A stretch of DNA of 64,000 bases from contig CAINVV010000227.1 of NCBI GenBank assembly GCA_903854235.1, positions 4,065 to 68,064 of the forward strand. The letters run 5' to 3'. This DNA is from an uncultured Bacteroidia bacterium. GTDB lineage: Bacteria > Bacteroidota > Bacteroidia > Bacteroidales > Prolixibacteraceae. Both the position numbers and the translations under genes were made by a program. The notes under the pieces were generated by a model. It had not been told where the DNA came from, searched no databases, and was given only the letters and a program-made list of their open reading frames with translations. Shown here in pieces: positions 28,352 to 35,997 of the stretch (within the stretch, counting starts at the first letter, position 1; each line of letters begins with the position of its first letter).

Positions 28352-29527
28352 TTAATACCAGGGGTGGTTCTTGAGAGGAACAATACCTTTTTCCTTTGTG
28401 GTCCCAAGGATGGTTCTGCCTCCGAGCCAGTTATCAGTCCTGAATTGCGAGAAATTCATCTGGGTCGGGTCAAAACTGTCGATCCTGACGAAACCAGAGG
28501 AGTTGATATAGGCCCCATTCCCAAGGTAAAGGCCAACGTGAGTCGCCTTGGCAGGGAGATCTCCCTCGGCTTTCTTGCCAAAGAAGACCAGGTCGCCAGG
28601 TTTTAGCTTACCATATCCGCTTTGCGGATCCGTAAAAATTCCGTGTCGAAATTGTAATGAAGCATCGCGGGCCAAAATGTAACCATTCAGGAAAAAGACG
28701 GTCTTCACAAATCCACTGCAATCCACCCCTTTCGTGGAGGTTCCTCCCCACAAATAGGGACGACCCAGGAGCGTTCGGGCGCATTTGCTTAAATCCTCTG
28801 CGGTTGGGAGCCCTTTTTCTTTCCACATGGAAAAGTCCATGGCTTCTTCCAAAGGGATGGACAACCTTCTTCCATCCGGCATTTCAACCACTACACTCTG
28901 CCTGGAGAATTCATCCAATTTGAGAATACTTCCGGCCACCAGATCTGTGACGGCCTCTTTTGTCTCAGGATTAAAACCTGAGCCAAGGTTGCCAAGATAG
29001 ATCACTCGCTTGTCTTTTCTCCAAGCATCCAATCCCAGAGCATCGGTCTGATAGATGGCATCATCATCGACCCAGCCCAGGTAGTGGTCGGGAGTCTGAA
29101 TATAAATCCAGCGCCCGGATTTCTTTAGCAGATGAACCGGAGTCCCAAGAATGGCCTGCGAGATCATTTCGGCACTGTGACCAGGCAAGGCGCGGATGTT
29201 GCAAACACTAACATTGACCAGTCCCCAGGTTTTTTCCCCCATTGATTCACCCGGTAGAACAAGTATGCTGTCAATCGCGACCAGATTCGCTTTTGCCAAA
29301 GCAGTGAGCAATGCCTGTTTACATTCCGGGGAACTGGTCTCTCCGGAGGCTGTAAGTTGGGACCCGGTTTCCCTGAAATGGATTTGAAACAAATCTTCCC
29401 GGCTATCTGGTGCACATTGTTGGGCCACAGACTTATAAATTTGCTCAGCCTCCCTAACCGGGGAAGTGTTCGGTTGGCAGCCCACGCAAAATGCGGTAAA
29501 AACCAAAAGGTGAAGGAGACGCAACAT
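28352..29527 (-). CDS. exported NlpC/P60 (C40) peptidase with N-terminal SH3b-like domains (YkfC-like gamma-D-Glu-diamino-acid endopeptidase)
   Basis: Signal peptide, catalytic 'GGTSTKGVDCSGFV' and 'THVGLYLGNGAYINSS', and an SH3-like N-terminal half. Confidence 0.85.
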   Translation of the reverse strand: MLRLLHLLVFTAFCVGCQPNTSPVREAEQIYKSVAQQCAPDSREDLFQIHFRETGSQLTASGETSSPECKQALLTALAKANLVAIDSILVLPGESMGEKTWGLVNVSVCNIRALPGHSAEMISQAILGTPVHLLKKSGRWIYIQTPDHYLGWVDDDAIYQTDALGLDAWRKDKRVIYLGNLGSGFNPETKEAVTDLVAGSILKLDEFSRQSVVVEMPDGRRLSIPLEEAMDFSMWKEKGLPTAEDLSKCARTLLGRPYLWGGTSTKGVDCSGFVKTVFFLNGYILARDASLQFRHGIFTDPQSGYGKLKPGDLVFFGKKAEGDLPAKATHVGLYLGNGAYINSSGFVRIDSFDPTQMNFSQFRTDNWLGGRTILGTTKEKGIVPLKNHPWY

Positions 29528-29539
29528 ATGTTTAACGTT

Positions 29540-29722
29540 TTATTGATACGATTTGAAGGACGATTGATTCGCTAAACAACCACATTCATTGTGACTGTTG
29601 AAGGAAGAAAGGATCAGTTGGGTAAATCTACTAATTTTTAATATCTGTATTTTTCCGCTATAGCCTTGTAGGATCATTTTTAAAAACAACAAATAACCGG
29701 AAAGTTGGGCCGTAGTTTTCAT
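29540..29722 (-). CDS. possible small protein (60 aa) filling the only large gap in the array
   Basis: The ORF starts 9 nt after the GH3-fusion stop codon and its stop codon (29540-29542) ends 12 nt before the NlpC/P60 ATG. It is on the same strand in AT-rich DNA. No recognisable motif. Confidence 0.2.
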   Translation of the reverse strand: MKTTAQLSGYLLFLKMILQGYSGKIQILKISRFTQLILSSFNSHNECGCLANQSSFKSYQ

Positions 29723-29731
29723 TTTCTGGTC

Positions 29732-32728
29732 TTAATTGATGCCACAGTTTTTATAAATGATGCGTTGAATTTCTGTCCTCACATTCAGTTCACTGATCCT
29801 GTTGTTTTCCCGTGTCGGGAAGACACGATTCGACAAGAAGATGTAGACCAGTCCATATTTGGGATCGACCCATACGAAAGTGCCGGTATAGCCCGAATGG
29901 CCAAAGCTCTCGGGGGAGGCGGCTTTGATGGGATAGGCTTCTTTTTCGCTCAATCCTGAATTGTTCAGCAAGGGTTTGTCGAATCCCATTCCACGTCTGT
30001 TGTTGTTTTGTGGAAATTGCACCCGGGAGAACTCCTTCAGCGTCGATGCCTTCAGGTATTGCTCCCCACCGTAATTTCCCATTTGCAGGTACATCTGCAG
30101 TAGTTTGGCCAGGTCATTTGCGGAGGCAAAGAGACCGGCATTGCCGGAAATGCCTCCCAATACAGCCGAAGATTCATCGTGTACGGTGCCTAGCAGTTGT
30201 TGTTCTCGATAGTAATTATCCAGTTCCGTTGGGATAATCTCATTCTCGCTAAATTTAACCAACGGGTTGTAAGTAATCCGGTAGGCTCCAAGCGGTTTGT
30301 AGAAATTGGAATCCAGCTGCGCCAGATATGGTTTGCCTGAAATTGTGCCAGTGATTTTTGGGGTCAATACAAATGGAAGGTCGCTGTAGACATAACTGCC
30401 TCGGGATTTTAGGCGTGATTTTCGAATGATTTTGAAAACTCTATCTGGAAATTTATTCTCCAGATAGAGTCCCTTGGCTACCTGAAGCGGATGTTTTCTA
30501 TCGGCTTCAAAGGCATACCATGCTGCAGTAATTTTCCCCTTTTTCAACGTCTCTTTCCAAAATGGAAGAAATGGAATGAGACCTGATTGGTGCGCCAAAA
30601 GCTCCCTGACCGTAATATCCGATTTATTGCTTCTATGGAATATCCTGTTTCTCCATTCCGGATAGTAGGCCGAGACTTTCTCATCCGGATTGACTTTCCC
30701 TTCGTCGTATAGTTTCATCCAGGCAGGCAGGCCCGCTGTCATCTTGGTAACGGATGCCAGATCATATAAATCATTCTCACGCTCTGGAATGATCCGGTCG
30801 TAACCGTGGAAACCATAAGCCTTGTGGAAAATTACCTTCCCGTCTTTGGCCACCAGAACATTGCAACCAGGGAATGCTCTTTGCTCCAGGGCTCCAGAAA
30901 CAATGGAGTCGATCTGTCTGTTGATTCTATCAGAAGCTACTCCAACCTCCTCTGGCAAGGTATATTTTAGCCTGATAGATTTTGAAATCGAAATGCCTTC
31001 TCCCATCTTGAACTTCCCGGTTACGGAAACGGGAAGCTTACCTTTGGCCCCAATCCCTCCAAAAATAAGTTGGGCGGAAAGTTCCTGGGCGAGTGAGTCA
31101 TTTTGATAGGCCAACAAAATCCCATCCATCTTTAATGGTGCTTTTACCTCTCCCAAACCATAAGGACTGCAAAAAAAGGCAACAATTGTTTGTTGTTTGC
31201 CGGAAAGAAAAGTTAAAAGAGAATCTAACCCGCCTGTAACGCCATAAGGCCTTGATGGAAGTGCTTTTTGGTCGCTTCCTACCTGCATCGAATGACGAAG
31301 TTTGCTTTCGTACATGGAATGTACGCCGGTAATAACGAGGTCATACTCCCCCAGTTTCTTCTGAAGTTCCACCCTTTCGGACTCAGAAAAATCTTGTTTT
31401 AGTTGAAAATGATCCACCTTTGTGTAGTTGGCCAACATCCTCTGGAAGGGCGTAATTCGTTCGCTTCCTACAGCAACCGACGCGATGCGTGTACGCTCCA
31501 GGTGAGCTACAGGTATGACACCATTTCTGTTGTTTAAGAGGGTGAGGGAGGATTCAATTATCTTACGTTTGACGAGTTCGGTTGCAGGTGTATTCAGCTC
31601 TTTGACCAATAATCCGGTCTCGATTTTTATTTTGCGATTTAGTCCGCACCACAACTTGGCTGCCAGCACTTTTCTGCATTTTAGTTCAAGTTCCTCTCTG
31701 GATAATTCATTTTTTTTCAGGGCTTCCACGACGGATTTTACCACCAATTCGGGATCTGCCGGAAACTCCAGAACATCGTTTCCTGCTTTTAATGCCAGAA
31801 CCGCAGCCCTGCCAGGTTCAACGTAGCCATCTACCCCTTTCATGTTCATGGCATCTGTGAGGACCAGTCCTTTGAAATGCCATTCGTGGTGAAGGATCCG
31901 ATCTATTATCTGCGGGGATAGGCTGGAGGGCAGATTTTTGGTTGAATCCAATGCCGGAACTCGCAGGTGTGCAGTCATGATACATCCAATACCGGCCCTG
32001 GATAAAGCCTGGAAAGGATACATTTCAAGCGAATCGAGCCGTTGTTTGAAATAGGGGAGAACCGGAAGCAGCAGGTGGGAATCCGTCTGGGTATCTCCGT
32101 GACCAGGAAAGTGTTTGGCTGTTGCCAGGATTCCATTTTCCTGCAAGGCACGCATGCATGCCAGGCTAAAATCTGTCACTTGGTTGCGAGATTCTCCGAA
32201 AGAGCGCATGCCGATAATCGGATTCATCGGTTCTGTGTTGATGTCGCAGGAAGGACCGAGGGTGATGTTGATTCCGATTCGCCTCATTTGTTGTGCCATC
32301 TCTCTGGCTCCCTCCCGGGCGAGTGTGGTATCCCCGGTTGCACCTAGTGCCATGTTGTATGGAAAGGGGTTGATCCCCTGTAACCGCATGCCGATGCCCC
32401 ATTCTGCATCCATTGCAATCAAAAGGGGTGTGGTAGAAATGGATTGGTAGAAATTGGTCAGATTGGCCTGTGTCACGGGATCCCCTTCAAAAAAAATAAT
32501 TCCGCCAAACCCGTATTTTTTTATTAGATCGGCATTCTGCAACTGTTGGGATGGCTTATTCCTGGCTGTAACAGATATCCACACCAGTTGGCCGACCCTC
32601 TGTTCATTAGAAAGAGAGAGGTACACCGAATCCACCCAGGGATGATGCATCAATTTTTCAAGATCTACCTGGGAATACGCAACCTTATAAACAAAAAAGA
32701 TCAAGGCCAGAACAAAATATTTTTTCAT
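29732..32728 (-). CDS. exported NagZ-type GH3 beta-N-acetylhexosaminidase fused to a beta-lactamase-fold (AmiE/PBP4*-like) serine hydrolase domain
   Basis: Signal peptide. NagZ signature 'KHFPGHGDTQTDSH' (32075-32116). Nucleophile region 'GLVLTDAMNM'. C-terminal 'ASVTK' SxxK motif (30743-30754). 998 aa. Confidence 0.88.
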   Translation of the reverse strand: MKKYFVLALIFFVYKVAYSQVDLEKLMHHPWVDSVYLSLSNEQRVGQLVWISVTARNKPSQQLQNADLIKKYGFGGIIFFEGDPVTQANLTNFYQSISTTPLLIAMDAEWGIGMRLQGINPFPYNMALGATGDTTLAREGAREMAQQMRRIGINITLGPSCDINTEPMNPIIGMRSFGESRNQVTDFSLACMRALQENGILATAKHFPGHGDTQTDSHLLLPVLPYFKQRLDSLEMYPFQALSRAGIGCIMTAHLRVPALDSTKNLPSSLSPQIIDRILHHEWHFKGLVLTDAMNMKGVDGYVEPGRAAVLALKAGNDVLEFPADPELVVKSVVEALKKNELSREELELKCRKVLAAKLWCGLNRKIKIETGLLVKELNTPATELVKRKIIESSLTLLNNRNGVIPVAHLERTRIASVAVGSERITPFQRMLANYTKVDHFQLKQDFSESERVELQKKLGEYDLVITGVHSMYESKLRHSMQVGSDQKALPSRPYGVTGGLDSLLTFLSGKQQTIVAFFCSPYGLGEVKAPLKMDGILLAYQNDSLAQELSAQLIFGGIGAKGKLPVSVTGKFKMGEGISISKSIRLKYTLPEEVGVASDRINRQIDSIVSGALEQRAFPGCNVLVAKDGKVIFHKAYGFHGYDRIIPERENDLYDLASVTKMTAGLPAWMKLYDEGKVNPDEKVSAYYPEWRNRIFHRSNKSDITVRELLAHQSGLIPFLPFWKETLKKGKITAAWYAFEADRKHPLQVAKGLYLENKFPDRVFKIIRKSRLKSRGSYVYSDLPFVLTPKITGTISGKPYLAQLDSNFYKPLGAYRITYNPLVKFSENEIIPTELDNYYREQQLLGTVHDESSAVLGGISGNAGLFASANDLAKLLQMYLQMGNYGGEQYLKASTLKEFSRVQFPQNNNRRGMGFDKPLLNNSGLSEKEAYPIKAASPESFGHSGYTGTFVWVDPKYGLVYIFLSNRVFPTRENNRISELNVRTEIQRIIYKNCGIN

Positions 32729-32750
32729 ATCACGGCTTCTTCTGTTTGCA

Positions 32751-34619
32751 TTAATCGAACTTTTCTAACGGATTCTTTTTCCCAAAATCCGGTTTTACAT
32801 TCAGAAAGAGTACCGGGATAACACCCGGAACCATGCACAACATCACCCACACAAAGAAATGCTTGTATCCGATAATCTCCTGCAACCATCCAGAGAACAT
32901 CCCTGGAAGCATCATACTCAGGGCCATAAATCCAGTGGCAATGGCAAAATGGGCGGTTTTATTTTCTCCTTCTGCAATGTAGATCATGTAAAGCATGTAG
33001 GCGGTAAAACCAAAACCATAGCTAAACTGTTCGATGGCAGCACACAGACTGATGATTAAATAGTTGGATGGCTGGGCATAGGCCATATAAACATAGGCTA
33101 CATGAGGGATGTTGATGGCAAGAACCATCCACCACAGCCAATACTTGAATCCCTTTCTGGAAGCAGCGAGGCCACCCAGAATACCTCCGGCTGTGAGCGC
33201 CAGAATACCAAAAGTGCCATAAATGAGGCCAACTTCACCGGTTGTCAGACCCAATCCACCTACCTGTCGCGGATCCAGCATAAACGGAGAGGCCATTTTT
33301 ATCAACTGTGCCTCTCCAAAACGATAGAACAACAAGAAGGAGAGTATGACCCAGATTTCCTTGCGCCTGAAGAATGAACCAAAGGTCCGGAAGAAGGCTC
33401 GAAACAGGTTTTCTTGTTCCTGGATGACCCTCTTGTCTGAAGGAGGATAGGGTAACATCAATCGGTGGTAAAAGGAGAATAGAACAAACAAAATGGCTAA
33501 TATAAGGAAAGTGAGACTCCAGGCGAGGTGAATGTTTCCGGAAGTTCCTTTAAAACTGGCTTCCGTTGGAGCATTGAGTTTGGAATCCGCCTGAAACAAA
33601 AGATAGGCAGGTTGCTCCCAGTTTTGTAGGTTAAAGGCCAGTCGCTCTCCTTCCAACAATCTAAGATCATTGTCTCCATCCTTCATTTTGAAATTTAGAA
33701 TCATCTCTTTACCTGCTTCCGGTTTGCCGTTCAGTTTGATGGCCACAATCGCCAGATTGCCAGTCATTTTTTCACCAGAGGTGATCCCTTCTGTTTTAGG
33801 AAAGTGTTTTTGAAGGAAGCTTTTCAGGGGAGAAGAGACATAATCGGACCAAAAGGAGGAACTGTCGTCTTTTCTACTGGCCGCCAATGGGTTGCCATTC
33901 CCTACAAACCCAAATTCGAGGTTGTGACTGGTGACGATTTTGCGCACTGAATCCATCTGCCTGGCAGTGATGTTTTGCGTCGTGAGACTGGCCACCTCGG
34001 GGAAAGCAGAAAAACTGGCAGTGCCGGATTGTGCCTTTGCATCCTGAAAAAGCTGGGGAATTGTGATCGTTCGTGCATAGGAAGGATTGGCTTTCACCTG
34101 GATATCAATCGGAGGCAATCCGGTTGTGGTCTCAAAATATCCAGCAAGAATGATTAACAACCCCTGACCAGTAATCATCGCAATGCGGTAAAAAGTACTT
34201 CTTATCCCAACAAAATAAGCTTGTTGGTGTTCATTAAGTCCTAGCATATAAAACCCATCGGCCGAAATATCATGCGTAGCTGAACTGAAAGCAAGCAACC
34301 AGAGGAAGATCAGGGTTATTTTGAAATAGCCAGGCAATGGAATGGCCAGAGCTACCCCCCCCAACGCAGCACCAATCACCAGTTGCATGAAAATAATCCA
34401 CCATCGCTTGGTTTTAAAGAGATCCACCACCGGACTCCATAATGGTTTAATGACCCAGGGTAAATAGAGCCAACTGGTATACAGGGCAATATCCGTATTT
34501 GAAATGCCAAGTCTTTTAAACATAATTACAGCAACGGTCATGGCCACTACATAGGGAACGCCCTCTGCAAAATAGAGGGTTGGGATCCAGGTCCAGGGGT
34601 TGCGGAAAGCTTTTTTCAT
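32751..34619 (-). CDS. ampG: AmpG-family MFS muropeptide permease with ~200 aa loop insertion
   Basis: N-terminus 'NPWTWIPTLYFAEGVPYVVAMTVAVIMFKRLGISNTDIALYTSWLYLPWVIKPLWSPVVD' is AmpG-like. Multiple TM segments. A hydrophilic block spans about residues 165-363. Confidence 0.8.
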   Translation of the reverse strand: MKKAFRNPWTWIPTLYFAEGVPYVVAMTVAVIMFKRLGISNTDIALYTSWLYLPWVIKPLWSPVVDLFKTKRWWIIFMQLVIGAALGGVALAIPLPGYFKITLIFLWLLAFSSATHDISADGFYMLGLNEHQQAYFVGIRSTFYRIAMITGQGLLIILAGYFETTTGLPPIDIQVKANPSYARTITIPQLFQDAKAQSGTASFSAFPEVASLTTQNITARQMDSVRKIVTSHNLEFGFVGNGNPLAASRKDDSSSFWSDYVSSPLKSFLQKHFPKTEGITSGEKMTGNLAIVAIKLNGKPEAGKEMILNFKMKDGDNDLRLLEGERLAFNLQNWEQPAYLLFQADSKLNAPTEASFKGTSGNIHLAWSLTFLILAILFVLFSFYHRLMLPYPPSDKRVIQEQENLFRAFFRTFGSFFRRKEIWVILSFLLFYRFGEAQLIKMASPFMLDPRQVGGLGLTTGEVGLIYGTFGILALTAGGILGGLAASRKGFKYWLWWMVLAINIPHVAYVYMAYAQPSNYLIISLCAAIEQFSYGFGFTAYMLYMIYIAEGENKTAHFAIATGFMALSMMLPGMFSGWLQEIIGYKHFFVWVMLCMVPGVIPVLFLNVKPDFGKKNPLEKFD

Positions 34620-34658
34620 ATTAGGCAGATTAATTCAGTAATTGTCGGAAAAGATCTC

Positions 34659-35996
34659 TTATCTCTCATATCTTTTTTCAAGTTCTGCTCCCACAAAATA
34701 GTGTTTCAATATTTCTTCGTGAGCATACCCTTTTTCTCCCATCATGGCAGCACCGATCTGGCAAAGTCCGACACCATGGCCCCAACCGGCACCTGTTAAG
34801 ATGATTTTACCGGGGATGTTGTCACTCCACTCTTCGTAATCGACGACAAAAGCCGAGCTGTACAAATGTGAGTTGGACAGTATTTTCCTTATTTCCAATT
34901 CTTTGCCGACTGTTAATGTCTTCTTCGTACCGATTATCTTCATTTTTACTAGTCTGCCAGAATTTCCCCTTTCAACAGGTTGGATTCCAATAATTAGTCC
35001 GAAATCAAATCCGGTTTTTCTTAGAAGGAGTTCAGAAAGCTCAGATTGCCCAAAGGTTACCTTCCACCTGTAAAAATCCATGGTTTCCTGATCGTAGTCG
35101 TTAAGCACCTGTGAAAGGACCTTGTGATCGGTGGTGTTGCAAAAAGCATCGGGAGAAGAGCGAATCCATTTATCTGCCTCGCGTTCATTTGTCAGCACCG
35201 GAACGTCCCTGATATGACCTTCAGGTGTGTCATAGAAAGTCTGCAAGTAAGGATGAACCTCCGGTTCCCATACTTTTTCAAAGGTTTCCGTCGCACCACC
35301 GCAACTCTTGGAGAAACGTGCATCACACACTTGTCCCTCAAACATCAAGACCATACCGAAGGTATCGGTTACTGCTCTTTCAACGAGATTGCTGCTTTGA
35401 CGTGTAATGCCCTGATAGCGTTGACAGTGGTCATCGGCGCAAACATCAAATAGTTGATGATCTTCCCGGTCATACCATCGAATGTATTCTTCCTTTGTTT
35501 GATGGATGGTTTGGTAGTTGACTTTGGATGCTCTTAAGTCACTCCCTTTTACGACCTGAGCTATTAGCCAGGAGCGGGAGATGACTGCATGTGCCTTCAA
35601 CAGTTCCAGGCTGCTGGTGGCGCTCATCTCAGAGGAGATTACACTAATCAGATAATCTTCCAACGGTAAAATATTAATGGCCTGAAGTTTATTCCCTTCC
35701 GGAAGAAATTGGAGGGCGCCTTTAAATAGTTGATCTTCCTTTCGCTCCCAGTGGAATTGCACCCCAATGGTAACATCGGACAGTTCGAAGGAACAGTTGT
35801 TTGCATTCAGTGGAATAAAAGTAAGATCGGGTTGGTCAAAGGGCAGACCATTGAGCGAAATTTTCCCATCTTCCAAACGGATGACCTGTTTCCCAGAACA
35901 GATGGTCCCATTTTCAAACTGCGTATATTCACCGTTGAGGCAAAAACGAATTTCCGTTTCTGCCATGATCCCTATCTTCAATTGTGGCTGATTCAT
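34659..35996 (-). CDS. SpoIID/LytB-domain protein without a detectable signal peptide
   Basis: 'AHAVISRSWL', 'CQRYQGI', 'FSKSCGGATE' and 'GWGHGVGLCQIGAAMMGEKG'. ATG 35996 gives a TAAcATG junction with the upstream gene; ATG 36059 is an alternative. Confidence 0.8.
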   Translation of the reverse strand: MNQPQLKIGIMAETEIRFCLNGEYTQFENGTICSGKQVIRLEDGKISLNGLPFDQPDLTFIPLNANNCSFELSDVTIGVQFHWERKEDQLFKGALQFLPEGNKLQAINILPLEDYLISVISSEMSATSSLELLKAHAVISRSWLIAQVVKGSDLRASKVNYQTIHQTKEEYIRWYDREDHQLFDVCADDHCQRYQGITRQSSNLVERAVTDTFGMVLMFEGQVCDARFSKSCGGATETFEKVWEPEVHPYLQTFYDTPEGHIRDVPVLTNEREADKWIRSSPDAFCNTTDHKVLSQVLNDYDQETMDFYRWKVTFGQSELSELLLRKTGFDFGLIIGIQPVERGNSGRLVKMKIIGTKKTLTVGKELEIRKILSNSHLYSSAFVVDYEEWSDNIPGKIILTGAGWGHGVGLCQIGAAMMGEKGYAHEEILKHYFVGAELEKRYER

Positions 35997-35997
35997 G

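Noticed and set aside
29732-30900. Beta-lactamase-fold domain read as an antibiotic-resistance determinant.
   Set aside because: It is fused to a NagZ-type GH3 in a muropeptide locus. The closest functional analogy is the AmiE/PBP4*-type murein amidase or peptidase. The sequence alone cannot exclude weak beta-lactamase activity.
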